Below are positions 20,519 through 30,524 of a stretch of DNA of 64,000 nt, in pieces. The stretch lies in assembly GCA_902587515.1 (NCBI GenBank), contig CACILM010000006.1, forward strand, positions 3,045 to 67,044. Reading direction: 5' to 3'. The notes beneath the pieces are model-generated. The model ran no database searches and had not been told where the DNA came from. It worked only from the letters and a program-made list of their open reading frames with translations. Made by a program: the position numbers and the translations under genes. The DNA comes from an uncultured Pelagibacteraceae bacterium (lineage in GTDB: Bacteria > Pseudomonadota > Alphaproteobacteria > Pelagibacterales > Pelagibacteraceae). Positions within the stretch are counted from its first letter, which is position 1, and every line of letters begins with the position of its first letter.

Positions 20519-21931
20519 ATGAATTTTAGAAGTATAAGTTTTTATCTAAGTTTATTTTGTTTTCCTATAAGTCTTTTAGCTTTTATAAACATTCTTTATT
20601 CCTCGTACTTTGATTATTTTTTGAGCATAGAATCTTATTTTATAACTTTAGCTTTATCTTTATTTTTTGGAGTTGGATTTTATTTTTTTGGTAAGCAATC
20701 AGATAAAAAAATTAATTTTATTGAGCAACTAATATTAATCATATCGGTTTATCTTACTATAGGTTTATTAATAGCTATTCCATTTTATACAAGTAATTTA
20801 CAAATTACGCTATTAAGCTCATTATTCGAGTCAATATCAGGTCTGACTGGAACTGGATTTTCTACATTTAAAAATATTAAATATTTAGACCCAACATTGA
20901 TCCTGTGGAGATCGTCTTCGCAGTGGGTAGGTGGTCTATTTTTTCTATTTTTTTTAATTTTATTATTTTCTAATAAAAAATTTAATTACAAAATGACTTA
21001 TCTTACTTATGCTGGAGAAAGTAACAATAAATCCGAAGATAATATTAAAAATAATCTTTTAAAAATTTTTATTTTTTACTGTGTATTAAGCATCATATAT
21101 TTTTCATTATTAAATTTGTCAGGAGTAAGGCTTTTTAATTCTTTAAATCTTACAATGACTTTGGTATCCAGTGGAGGTTTCCTCCCATCAGATAGTTTAA
21201 ATGAAATTATCACCACTAATTATCAAAAAACTATTTTTATAATTTGTTTAATTTTTTCTATGCTTAATTTTTACTTTTTATTTAATATATTTAATAAAAA
21301 AATTTTAATAAAATCGCATAAAGAAGATTTATATTTAATTGTACTAGCAGGAATATTTATTTTGCTAATTTATTTTAATAAATTTGACTTATTAGATATT
21401 ATTTTAAGTGTTGCGAGTAGTTTGTCAAATTCTGGACTTACCCTTTTGAAAAATGAAAATAATTTAAGTTTGTATTTCCTATTTTTAACTATAATAGGAG
21501 GATCGTTAATATCAAACTCATCAGGGATAAAATTGAGCAGATTTTATATTCTTTTGAAAATTACTTCTGCAGAAATTATTAGACTAATTAGCCCAAACAG
21601 TGTTATTAACAAAACAATTTTTAATTCAGAAAATAAAATTACTGATGATAATATTAAAATTTCTTTTCTAATATTTATTTCTTTTTTTTTAAGTCTTTTT
21701 ATTTTGTCAAGTTTTTTAATTTTAGATAATATTGGATTCGAAAGATCATTTAAATTATCTATTTTAGCTTTAACTAATACCGTCAACTCAGAAATGTATA
21801 ATTTGCAAAATTTAAGTTTTGCTAATTTGTTAATATCGTCAAAAATAAGCTTAATTATTTTTATGATAATTGGAAAAATTGAGTTAATATCAATTTTTTT
21901 AATTTTCAAAAAAATATTATTTAAGGATTAA
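20519..21931 (+). CDS. trkH: Trk-type potassium transporter membrane subunit
   Basis: 470 aa polytopic protein with repeated pore-loop-like GTGFS/SSGGF/NSGLT/SSGIK motifs. It follows trkA. Confidence 0.75.
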   Translation: MNFRSISFYLSLFCFPISLLAFINILYSSYFDYFLSIESYFITLALSLFFGVGFYFFGKQSDKKINFIEQLILIISVYLTIGLLIAIPFYTSNLQITLLSSLFESISGLTGTGFSTFKNIKYLDPTLILWRSSSQWVGGLFFLFFLILLFSNKKFNYKMTYLTYAGESNNKSEDNIKNNLLKIFIFYCVLSIIYFSLLNLSGVRLFNSLNLTMTLVSSGGFLPSDSLNEIITTNYQKTIFIICLIFSMLNFYFLFNIFNKKILIKSHKEDLYLIVLAGIFILLIYFNKFDLLDIILSVASSLSNSGLTLLKNENNLSLYFLFLTIIGGSLISNSSGIKLSRFYILLKITSAEIIRLISPNSVINKTIFNSENKITDDNIKISFLIFISFFLSLFILSSFLILDNIGFERSFKLSILALTNTVNSEMYNLQNLSFANLLISSKISLIIFMIIGKIELISIFLIFKKILFKD

Positions 21932-22978
21932 ATGTCGAAAATTGTAATTATAGGCGCAGGCGCAATGGGCACAGCTTTTGCTTTTCCTTGTTTAGACAAT
22001 AATCATGACATAAATATCATAGGAACGCACTTAGAAAATGATTTTATTGATGAATTAAAAAAAAATAATAATTTACACGAAGGTTTAAAAACACAAATTC
22101 CTAAAGAAATTAATATATTCAAGTTTGAAAAGTTTGAAGAATTATTAAAATCAAATGTTGACTTAATAGTGCTTGGTATCAGTTCAAAAGGAATAGAATG
22201 GGTTGCCGATCAATTGAGTAAGGTTTTTAACCAAAAACAAATACCTAATTTACTTATGCTTACTAAAGGCTTAAGTATCCATAAAAATACTTACGAACTT
22301 TTAGTGGACAAGCTTGAGAGGCTACTGACTGAAAAAGGTATTTCAAATACGAATATATCTGCAATAGGCGGACCTTGTTTAGCTGCAGGACTAGCCAATA
22401 GAGTTCATAGTAGTGTGGTGATCGCTAATAAAGATGTCAAAACAGCTAAAAAAATAGCTGATATGTTAAACACAAACTACTATCACACATCATATTCAGA
22501 CGACGTTAATGGTGTTGAAGTCTCAGCAGCTATTAAAAATATTTTTTCAATGGCTGTAGGAGCGGCGAAAGGTTTGTGTAGTAAAAATATTTCTAATGAA
22601 ATAAGAGAAAAAAATTATTTAAATACTGCATCTGCTTTAATTAAACAATCAATTCATGAAATGGAAATTTTTGTTGAGCACCTTAATGGTAAAAAGGAGA
22701 CCGTCAAAGGTTTAGCCGGATTAGGCGACCTTTATGTAAGCTCAGGTGGTGGCAGAAATGCAAAAATGGGAGCTTTCATTGGGGAAGGATTAACTTTTTC
22801 TGAAGCGAAAAAAACAAAAATGACAAAAGTTACAGTTGAAGGTGCTGACCTTGCTAAAGAAATTGCAACAAAAGTTAACGAAGATTTTGATGAAAAAAAA
22901 TTACCTTTAATGCTTGGTATGATTAATGCTATTGTTAATGATAAGCAATTAAAACTTAATTGGGAGGCTTTTAGATGA
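21932..22978 (+). CDS. NAD(P)-dependent glycerol-3-phosphate dehydrogenase (GpsA family, divergent)
   Basis: 348 aa with an N-terminal Rossmann motif IIGAGAMGT, plus GVEVSAAIKNIF and GLAGLGDLYVS..GRN motifs as in GpsA. It overlaps glpK through an ATGA junction. Confidence 0.7.
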   Translation: MSKIVIIGAGAMGTAFAFPCLDNNHDINIIGTHLENDFIDELKKNNNLHEGLKTQIPKEINIFKFEKFEELLKSNVDLIVLGISSKGIEWVADQLSKVFNQKQIPNLLMLTKGLSIHKNTYELLVDKLERLLTEKGISNTNISAIGGPCLAAGLANRVHSSVVIANKDVKTAKKIADMLNTNYYHTSYSDDVNGVEVSAAIKNIFSMAVGAAKGLCSKNISNEIREKNYLNTASALIKQSIHEMEIFVEHLNGKKETVKGLAGLGDLYVSSGGGRNAKMGAFIGEGLTFSEAKKTKMTKVTVEGADLAKEIATKVNEDFDEKKLPLMLGMINAIVNDKQLKLNWEAFR

Positions 22979-24456
22979 AAAAGTTTATAATTTCAATTGA
23001 TGCTGGAACTACTTCGAATAGATCAATACTTTTTGATTTAAAAGGCAAACCAATTTTTTCTTCCCAAAAAGAATTTACACAATATTTTCCAAAAAGCGGA
23101 TGGGTTGAACATAATCCAGATGAAATTTGGAAAACAACAATAAAAACTTTAAAAGATGTAATACTAAAAGCTAAAAAACTTAAAGGTAAAATATTGAGTA
23201 TTGGAATTACCAATCAAAGAGAGACAACTGTTTTATGGGATAAAAAAACAGGTAAACCTGTTTATAAAGCAATTGTTTGGCAAGATAGGAGAACTGAGGA
23301 ATTTTGTAAAAAATTGAGAAAACAAAATAAAGATACTATGGTTTTTAACAAAACCGGTCTTTTAATTGATTCTTACTTCTCTGGAACCAAAATTAAATGG
23401 ATTCTGGACAATGTTCCAAAGGCAAAAAAGTTGATGAATAACAAACAGTTGTTATTTGGCACGATAGATAGCTTTTTAATTTGGAGACTCACAAAAGGAA
23501 AAGTTCATTCTACGGATGCAACAAATGCTAGTAGGACAATGATATATAATATTTCTTCAAATAAATGGGATGATACAATTTTAAATCTCCTTAAAATTAA
23601 AAAACATATTTTACCGGAAGTTAAAGATTGTGCAGATGATTATGGTCAAACTCATCATTCTATAACTGGTAAACCAATTCCGATAAATGGAGTAGTAGGG
23701 GATCAACAATCAGCAACCATTGGCCAATGTTGTTTTGAACCTGGCTCATTAAAAAGCACTTACGGAACTGGAGCTTTTGTATTATTAAATACCGGTTCTA
23801 AAAAAATTTACTCAAAAAATAGATTATTAACAACTATTGCTTACAGAATTAATGGAAAGACAACATACGCGATGGAGGGGTCGATTTTTATAGCTGGTGC
23901 AGGCGTTCAGTGGTTAAGAGATAGAATGAAATTTTTTAAGAAAGCGCCTGAAACAGAAAAAATAGTCAAATCACTTAAAAACAATAACGATATTTATTTA
24001 GTCCCAGCATTCACTGGATTAGGAGCTCCGTATTGGGATGCAAATGCAAGAGGAGTTTTGAGCGGTATAACTAGAGATACTAATCCTAAAGAAATAGTAA
24101 GAGCAACAATTGAGGCAGTTGCCTATCAAACTCACGATCTATTTGAAGCTATGAAATATGACGGTTTGAGACCTAAAATTGTAAAAGTTGATGGCGGGAT
24201 GGTAATGAATAATTGGTTCTCACAATTTTTATCTGACATAGTGAATGTAAAAGTATTAAGACCTAAAGTTCAAGAAACTACTGCCTTGGGTGCAGCGTTT
24301 ATGGCTGGTTTGTACATAGGGATATACAAATCATTAAAAGATATTTCCAAAAACTGGAGCTTAGATAAAAAATTTTCACCAAAAATGAAAAATAAATCTA
24401 GAACACTTCTAATTAACGGCTGGGAAAAAGCTGTCAAGAGAGCCTTAATAAATTAA
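22975..24456 (+). CDS. glpK: Glycerol kinase
   Basis: 493 aa FGGY kinase with IDAGTTS, GITNQRETT, WQDRRT and GDQQSA motifs. Confidence 0.95.
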   Translation: MKKFIISIDAGTTSNRSILFDLKGKPIFSSQKEFTQYFPKSGWVEHNPDEIWKTTIKTLKDVILKAKKLKGKILSIGITNQRETTVLWDKKTGKPVYKAIVWQDRRTEEFCKKLRKQNKDTMVFNKTGLLIDSYFSGTKIKWILDNVPKAKKLMNNKQLLFGTIDSFLIWRLTKGKVHSTDATNASRTMIYNISSNKWDDTILNLLKIKKHILPEVKDCADDYGQTHHSITGKPIPINGVVGDQQSATIGQCCFEPGSLKSTYGTGAFVLLNTGSKKIYSKNRLLTTIAYRINGKTTYAMEGSIFIAGAGVQWLRDRMKFFKKAPETEKIVKSLKNNNDIYLVPAFTGLGAPYWDANARGVLSGITRDTNPKEIVRATIEAVAYQTHDLFEAMKYDGLRPKIVKVDGGMVMNNWFSQFLSDIVNVKVLRPKVQETTALGAAFMAGLYIGIYKSLKDISKNWSLDKKFSPKMKNKSRTLLINGWEKAVKRALIN

Positions 24457-24560
24457 CACAATTTAAAGTTGTAATTTTAAAAAGTTTCTACACTGTACTT
24501 TTCACATTTATTTTGGTTGAATAAGCGATCTTATAACAACAACAACGAGGGAAATAATCT

Positions 24561-26294
24561 ATGTTTAAAACATTGAAGAGTATTCTAGCTGTTGCTGTTT
24601 CAATTTCTCTATTAACTATTTCAAACGCTGTAGCTGACGGACACGGAGCTGCAATTAAGAAGTGGTCAAATGGTGAGTTTAGTCTTTCAACAATTTCTGC
24701 AAAAGAAAGAGAGAAAGAACTTAATTGGTTCCACGATGCTGCAAAGCCATTCAAAGGAATGGAAATAAATGTATTGTCAGAAACAATTCCAACTCACGAA
24801 TATGAGTCAAAAGTTTTAACAAAAGCTTTTGAAGAGATAACTGGAATTAAAGTTAATCACCAGTTACTTGGAGAAGGAGAAGTAGTACAAGCTGTACAAA
24901 CTCAAATGCAAACTGGGAGAAACTTGTATGATGCATATATCAATGACTCTGATTTGATCGGTACGCACTCAAGACTTCAGTTAGCAGTAAACTTAACAAA
25001 GTGGATGAAAGGTGAAGGTAAAGATGTAACTTTACCAACATTAGATATCGATGATTTCATTGGTAAATCATTTACTACAGGTCCAGATGGTGATTTATAT
25101 CAATTACCTGATCAGCAATTTGCTAACCTTTACTGGTTTAGAAAAGATTGGTTCGATAGACCTGAAATCAAAAAAGGTTTCAAAGCTAAATACGGATACG
25201 ATCTAGGTGTACCAGTTAACTGGTCTGCTTACGAAGACATCGCTGACTACTTTACAAATGATGTAAAGAACATCGACGGTGTTAGAGTATATGGTCACAT
25301 GGACTACGGTAAAAGAGCTCCAGACTTAGGATGGAGAATGACTGATGCATGGTTATCTATGGCTGGTGCAGGTTCAGTTGGTAAACCGAATGGTGTACCA
25401 GTAGACGAGTGGGGAATAAGAATGGAAAAAGGTTCTTGTAACCCAGTTGGTGCTGACGTAGCAAGAGGTGGGGCTGCTAATGGTCCTGCTGCCGTATATG
25501 CAATCAGAAAATGGGACGAGTGGTTAAGAGCTTATGCACCTCCAGGTGCCGCGGCGATGGACTTCTATCAGTCTCTGCCAGCTTTATCATCAGGAAACGT
25601 TGCTCAGCAAATTTTCTGGTATACAGCGTTCACGGCGTCAATGGTTGCTCCAAAGAGTTCTGGAAATAAAACAGTAGACGATAAAGGTAATCCTTTATGG
25701 AGAATGGGACCATCACCAAAAGGTCCTTACTGGGATGAAGGTATGAAGCTTGGTTATCAAGATGCTGGATCATGGACTTTATTTAAGTCTACTCCAGTTG
25801 ACAGAAGAAAAGCTGCATGGTTATACGCTCAGTTCGTAGTATCAAAAACTGTAGATCTTAAGAAAAGTGATGTTGGTTTAACTATCATTAGAGATAGTAC
25901 AATTAACCACAAGCACTTTACTCAAAGAGCTCCAAAACTTGGTGGACTTGTAGAATTCTACAGATCTAAAAACAGAGTATTGTGGTCACCAACAGGTATC
26001 AATGTTCCGGACTATCCGAAACTTGCACAAATCTGGTGGCAACAAATTGGAGATGTAAACTCTGGTGCGTTTACTCCACAACAAGCTATGGATCGTCTTG
26101 CAGAAGAGATGAACTTAGTTATGTCTCGTATGGAAGCTGCTGATAAAGCAAACAATACATACGGTGGATGTGGTCCAAGATTAGCAAAACCGAAAGGTGC
26201 TGCTTATTGGTTGAAACAACCAGGATCACCAAAAGCTAAACGTGACGAGAAACCTAAAGGTAAAACAGTTCCATTCGAAAGAGCTTGGAAATAA
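24561..26294 (+). CDS. Large ABC substrate-binding protein of a glycerol-type (GlpV-like) importer
   Basis: 577 aa with a signal peptide (..SNAVA/DG). It leads a cluster of 2 ATPases, 2 permeases and a DUF2160 protein, which matches the rhizobial glycerol ABC system as I recall it. Codon usage is visibly more biased toward GGT/GCT/GAC than in neighbouring genes. Confidence 0.7.
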   Translation: MFKTLKSILAVAVSISLLTISNAVADGHGAAIKKWSNGEFSLSTISAKEREKELNWFHDAAKPFKGMEINVLSETIPTHEYESKVLTKAFEEITGIKVNHQLLGEGEVVQAVQTQMQTGRNLYDAYINDSDLIGTHSRLQLAVNLTKWMKGEGKDVTLPTLDIDDFIGKSFTTGPDGDLYQLPDQQFANLYWFRKDWFDRPEIKKGFKAKYGYDLGVPVNWSAYEDIADYFTNDVKNIDGVRVYGHMDYGKRAPDLGWRMTDAWLSMAGAGSVGKPNGVPVDEWGIRMEKGSCNPVGADVARGGAANGPAAVYAIRKWDEWLRAYAPPGAAAMDFYQSLPALSSGNVAQQIFWYTAFTASMVAPKSSGNKTVDDKGNPLWRMGPSPKGPYWDEGMKLGYQDAGSWTLFKSTPVDRRKAAWLYAQFVVSKTVDLKKSDVGLTIIRDSTINHKHFTQRAPKLGGLVEFYRSKNRVLWSPTGINVPDYPKLAQIWWQQIGDVNSGAFTPQQAMDRLAEEMNLVMSRMEAADKANNTYGGCGPRLAKPKGAAYWLKQPGSPKAKRDEKPKGKTVPFERAWK

Positions 26295-26317
26295 TTTAGG
26301 TTTAATCTAAATTTAAA

Positions 26318-26342
26318 GGGGGCTTAACGGCCCCCTTTTTTT
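26318..26342 (+). terminator. Rho-independent terminator/attenuator after the binding-protein gene
   Basis: Stem GGGGGC, loop ttaacg, stem GCCCCC, followed by a T7 run, 24 nt after the stop codon. Confidence 0.65.
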
Positions 26343-26362
26343 AAAACGGAATTCAAAAAAAT

Positions 26363-27427
26363 ATGAGCCTAGAATTAAAAAACGTAGAAAAAAAAATAGG
26401 ATTAGACACTCATATTTATTCAACAAATTTAAAATTAGAAAAAAATACAATTAATATTCTCTTAGGTTCTACTTTAGCAGGAAAGACAACTTTAATGCAG
26501 ATTATGGCAGGCCTAGATAAACCAACATCAGGCGAGATTTGGTTTAACAATGAGAATGTGACAGGTATGAAAGTTCAAAAAAGAAATGTCTCAATGGTTT
26601 ATCAGCAGTTTATTAATTACCCCAACTTCACAGTTTATGACAACATTGCATCTCCATTAAAAATTACTGGAGTAAGTTCAGATGAAACAAAACAAAGAGT
26701 TGGGAAAGTTGCAGAATTACTAAAACTCTCCGGTATGTTGAATAAAAAACCAAATGAGCTTTCCGGAGGACAACAACAAAGAACTGCTTTAGCAAGAGCA
26801 CTTGTAAAAGACTCAGACTTAATTCTTTTAGATGAACCACTTGCAAACTTAGATTTTAAATTAAGAGAAGAATTAAGAGAAGAATTACCAAAATTATTTG
26901 AAAATAGAGATTGTATTGTAGTTTACGCAACCACAGAACCCTCAGAAGCTTTACTTTTAGGCGGTAATACTGCAACGTTACAGGAAGGTAAGATTATTCA
27001 ATATGGAAAAACTTTAGATACTTATAATAAACCTAACTCTCTAGTTTCAGCCCAGGTCTTTAGCGATCCACCAATGAATATTGCTAAAATAAAAAAATTA
27101 GGAGACCAGTGTTCATTTTTACAAAATGATATTCAATGGAAGACTAAATTAAATATCAAAGATGGTGAATATAAAGTAGGTATTAGACCTCACAATATTA
27201 CCACGTATAAAGAGGGCAACAATACACTTGAGATAAAAGGTAAAGTTTTAATCTCTGAAATTAGTGGTTCTGAGAGCTTAATCCACTTTACAAATGGAAA
27301 TTTGAATTGGGTTTCTTTGTCTAACGGAATTTTTCAAAAAAATGTTGGCGATGAGATGAATTTATACATGAATACAGATGAGTTTGTTTATTTTGATCAA
27401 AATGAAAGGTTAGTATCTAATGGCTAA
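26363..27427 (+). CDS. ABC importer ATPase 1 (GlpS-like)
   Basis: 354 aa with Walker A GSTLAGKT, signature LSGGQ (26759-26773) and Walker B LILLDEP. The H-loop position reads ATTEP, with no His (26933-26935). Confidence 0.85.
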   Translation: MSLELKNVEKKIGLDTHIYSTNLKLEKNTINILLGSTLAGKTTLMQIMAGLDKPTSGEIWFNNENVTGMKVQKRNVSMVYQQFINYPNFTVYDNIASPLKITGVSSDETKQRVGKVAELLKLSGMLNKKPNELSGGQQQRTALARALVKDSDLILLDEPLANLDFKLREELREELPKLFENRDCIVVYATTEPSEALLLGGNTATLQEGKIIQYGKTLDTYNKPNSLVSAQVFSDPPMNIAKIKKLGDQCSFLQNDIQWKTKLNIKDGEYKVGIRPHNITTYKEGNNTLEIKGKVLISEISGSESLIHFTNGNLNWVSLSNGIFQKNVGDEMNLYMNTDEFVYFDQNERLVSNG

Positions 27428-28484
27428 AGTTACATTAAAAGGTTTAAGTCATAGTTATTTAAAAACTCAGTCTTCAGATGCTGACTGGGCAATCAGAGGA
27501 GTAGACATTGATTGGAATGATGGGGGCGCTTATGCTTTATTAGGCCCGTCAGGTTGTGGAAAGACAACATTGTTAAATATTATTTCCGGACTCATTACAC
27601 CAACTAAAGGGGATATATTATTTGATGACAAAGTTATTTCTAGGTTGAATCCTGTAGAGAGAAATATCGCACAGATTTTTCAATTCCCGGTTATTTATGA
27701 CACGATGACAGTGTATGATAATTTAGCTTTTCCTTTAAGAAATAGAAAAATTCCAGAGGAAGAAATCAAAGCAAAAGTTCATGAGATAGCTGAAATGTTA
27801 GAATTATCTTCAACATTAAATAATAGAGCTTCTGGTCTAACTGCAGATGGTAAACAAAAAATTTCACTAGGACGCGGATTGGTAAGATCAGATGTAAATG
27901 CTATTATGTTCGACGAACCATTAACTGTAATCGATCCACATTTGAAATGGATTTTAAGATCTAAACTTAAAGAACTTCATCAAAAGATTAATAGAACAAT
28001 GATTTATGTAACACACGACCAAACAGAGGCTTTAACCTTTGCTGATCAAGTAGTTGTAATGCATGAAGGTCAAATTGTTCAAACAGGAACACCAGTAGAT
28101 TTGTTTGAAAAACCAAAGCATACATTTGTTGGATATTTTATTGGTTCACCAGGTATGAATGTTTTACCTTGTCAAATTAAAGGAAATGATGTGATTGTTA
28201 ATGGAAAAAAAATAGAAACTCACCAACAAATTAAAAAAAGTAATTTTAACAAGACAGAAGTTGGTGTGAGACCTGAATTTATATCTTTTAGTAATGAAGG
28301 AATTCCAGTTAAAGTTTTATCAGTAAGCAATACTGGAAGGCATAAAATTGTAGATACTGAAAGTGAAACCGGAAAAATTAAAATTATTGCAAAATCTAAT
28401 GAGGATATTCCGTCAGGATCTGCATTTTTAAAATTTAAAAAAGAATATACTTATACTTATGGAGATAGTTGGATAATTGAATGA
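27420..28484 (+). CDS. ABC importer ATPase 2 (GlpT-like)
   Basis: 354 aa with Walker A GPSGCGKT, Walker B IMFDEP and H-loop VTHDQ. The signature position reads LTADG instead of LSGGQ (27837-27851). Confidence 0.85.
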   Translation: MAKVTLKGLSHSYLKTQSSDADWAIRGVDIDWNDGGAYALLGPSGCGKTTLLNIISGLITPTKGDILFDDKVISRLNPVERNIAQIFQFPVIYDTMTVYDNLAFPLRNRKIPEEEIKAKVHEIAEMLELSSTLNNRASGLTADGKQKISLGRGLVRSDVNAIMFDEPLTVIDPHLKWILRSKLKELHQKINRTMIYVTHDQTEALTFADQVVVMHEGQIVQTGTPVDLFEKPKHTFVGYFIGSPGMNVLPCQIKGNDVIVNGKKIETHQQIKKSNFNKTEVGVRPEFISFSNEGIPVKVLSVSNTGRHKIVDTESETGKIKIIAKSNEDIPSGSAFLKFKKEYTYTYGDSWIIE

Positions 28485-29347
28485 ATAAAACAGTAAATCA
28501 AAAAGCATGGTTTTTTGTAATACCAGTATTTGTGCTGGTAGCTTTCAATGCCATTATTCCATTAATGACAGTAGTAAACTATGCTTTCCAGGAAACTTTC
28601 GGCAATAATGTTTTTATGTGGGAAGGCACAAGATGGTTTAAACAAATCATGTTATCTGAAAGATTTCATGCATCACTTGGCAGACAATTTTTATTTACTT
28701 TTATAATTTTATTTATTCAAATTCCACTAGGGATAGCTATTGCACTTACTATGCCTAAAGAGGGAATAGGAGTACCTGTTTGTTTAGTTTTAATGTCCAT
28801 GCCACTTTTAATTCCATGGAACGTTGTAGGAGCTATGTGGAATATTTTTGCGTTACCAGATATTGGTTTCTTAGGACATTCACTTAATGCTTTAGGATTT
28901 GATTATAACTTTACTCAACAAATTGGTGATGCTTGGTTCACAACTATTTTAATGGATGTATGGCATTGGACATCGTTAGTAGTTTTATTGTCTTATGCAG
29001 GATTAAGATCTATCCAACCTGCTTACTATCAAGCAGCAGAAATTGATGGCGCTAGTCGTTGGGCAATTTTTACAAAAATTGAATTGCCTAAAATGAAAAA
29101 AGTATTAACGATTGCTATACTTTTAAGATTCATGGACAGTTTCATGATTTATACAGAGCCATTTGTTTTAACTGGAGGTGGTCCAGGCAATGCTACTGCA
29201 TTTTTATCTATAGACTTAGTTAAAATGGCATTAGGACAGTTTGATTTAGGACCAGCCGCAGCAATGTCGTTGATATACTTCTTTATAGTACTTTTAGTTT
29301 GTTGGGTATTCTACACATTAATGATGAGAAATGAGGAGAAATCATGA
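28481..29347 (+). CDS. ABC importer permease 1 (CUT1/MalF-UgpA type)
   Basis: 288 aa with 6 TM helices and an EAA-loop region (YYQAAEIDGASRWAIF). Confidence 0.85.
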   Translation: MNKTVNQKAWFFVIPVFVLVAFNAIIPLMTVVNYAFQETFGNNVFMWEGTRWFKQIMLSERFHASLGRQFLFTFIILFIQIPLGIAIALTMPKEGIGVPVCLVLMSMPLLIPWNVVGAMWNIFALPDIGFLGHSLNALGFDYNFTQQIGDAWFTTILMDVWHWTSLVVLLSYAGLRSIQPAYYQAAEIDGASRWAIFTKIELPKMKKVLTIAILLRFMDSFMIYTEPFVLTGGGPGNATAFLSIDLVKMALGQFDLGPAAAMSLIYFFIVLLVCWVFYTLMMRNEEKS

Positions 29348-30144
29348 AGAAAGCTAAGTGGGTAGTTCCTACAATTTATATTATTTTCTTGATGCTTCCA
29401 ATTTATTGGTTGCTTAACATGTCATTTAAAACGACAACTGAAATTATAAATACTTACACATTATGGCCTCAAGAATTTACATTAGATAATTATAAGAAAA
29501 TTTTTACTGATAGTACTTGGTATACTGGGTATCTTAACTCTATCTATTACGTAGTGATGAACACTGTGATTTCTGTGGCAGCTGCACTTCCTGCAGCTTA
29601 CGCTTTTTCTAGATATAAATTTTTAGGGGATAAACATTTATTTTTCTGGCTATTAACTAACAGAATGGCCCCACCAGCAGTATTTGCTTTGCCATTTTTT
29701 CAATTTTATTCATCAGTAAACTTGTTTGATACTCATGTGGCTGTAGCTTTATCACATTGTTTGTTTAATATTCCTTTAGCAGTTTGGATTTTAGAAGGAT
29801 TTATGTCCTCTGTGCCAAAAGAACTAGATGAAACAGCTTATGTTGACGGTTATTCGTTTTGGAGATTTTTCTTCAAGATATTTATTCCAACAATCACTGC
29901 AGGTATAGGTATTACAATGTTTTTCTGTTTCATGTTTTCTTGGGTTGAATTATTATTAGCAAAAACATTAACCGCGGTGGCAGCAAAACCGATCGCTGCA
30001 ACAATGACAAGAACTGCCAGTACATCAGGATATGAATTAGGATTACTTGCTGCTGCAGGAAGTTTGACAATTATTCCAGGTGCTATCGTAATTTATTTTG
30101 TAAGAAACTATATAGCTAAAGGATTTGCATTAGGAAGAGTATGA
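29344..30144 (+). CDS. ABC importer permease 2 (CUT1/MalG-UgpE type)
   Basis: 266 aa with an EAA-loop region (LDETAYVDGYSFWRFF). It overlaps the previous gene through an ATGA junction. Confidence 0.85.
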   Translation: MKKAKWVVPTIYIIFLMLPIYWLLNMSFKTTTEIINTYTLWPQEFTLDNYKKIFTDSTWYTGYLNSIYYVVMNTVISVAAALPAAYAFSRYKFLGDKHLFFWLLTNRMAPPAVFALPFFQFYSSVNLFDTHVAVALSHCLFNIPLAVWILEGFMSSVPKELDETAYVDGYSFWRFFFKIFIPTITAGIGITMFFCFMFSWVELLLAKTLTAVAAKPIAATMTRTASTSGYELGLLAAAGSLTIIPGAIVIYFVRNYIAKGFALGRV

Positions 30145-30500
30145 TGATGTTTAACGTTTTAAATGCTGCAACGTGGGGTGACATGGCTAAAGAAAAAGAA
30201 AAAAGCTTTTTCGACTTCGAATTTATCACTTGGATGGCATGGACCTGGCAGACAGCTGCATTTTTTATATTCATAGCTTTATGTTTAACAGCAATGGTTA
30301 TCTGGGAAAAAAAATCACCAGGAGGTAATCCAAGAAAGGGAATTTTGGGATTAGATACAACTAGAGGTGATAGATTATTTATTTCATTACTAGGCAGTGC
30401 ATTCATTCATTTATTTTGGTTAGCTCTAGTTGGAAGTGTACTGTGGATTGCAACAATAATTTGCATTGGCTATGCAGTTGTTGTATTTAGATACGTCTAA
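30141..30500 (+). CDS. Small integral membrane protein, DUF2160-like accessory subunit
   Basis: 119 aa with WMAWTWQTAAFF and TTRGDRLFISLL motifs, which I associate with DUF2160. It overlaps the preceding permease through an ATGA junction. An alternative start lies at 30186. Confidence 0.6.
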   Translation: MMMFNVLNAATWGDMAKEKEKSFFDFEFITWMAWTWQTAAFFIFIALCLTAMVIWEKKSPGGNPRKGILGLDTTRGDRLFISLLGSAFIHLFWLALVGSVLWIATIICIGYAVVVFRYV

Positions 30501-30524
30501 ATATTATTCATTAATGGAGATTAA

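Noticed and set aside
24561-26294. Visibly higher G+C and different codon usage in the binding-protein genes (also 40612-41658 and 50106-51428, and in ilvD at 57861-59579) compared with their neighbours. I considered this as a sign of horizontal transfer.
   Set aside because: The shift is confined to individual genes that are expected to be very highly expressed (binding proteins) or highly conserved (ilvD). It follows a GGT/GCT/GAC/AAA-type translational bias. The flanking permease genes of the same operons have normal composition. Codon selection is the simpler explanation. A real test would be GC3/CAI calculation, which I cannot run.
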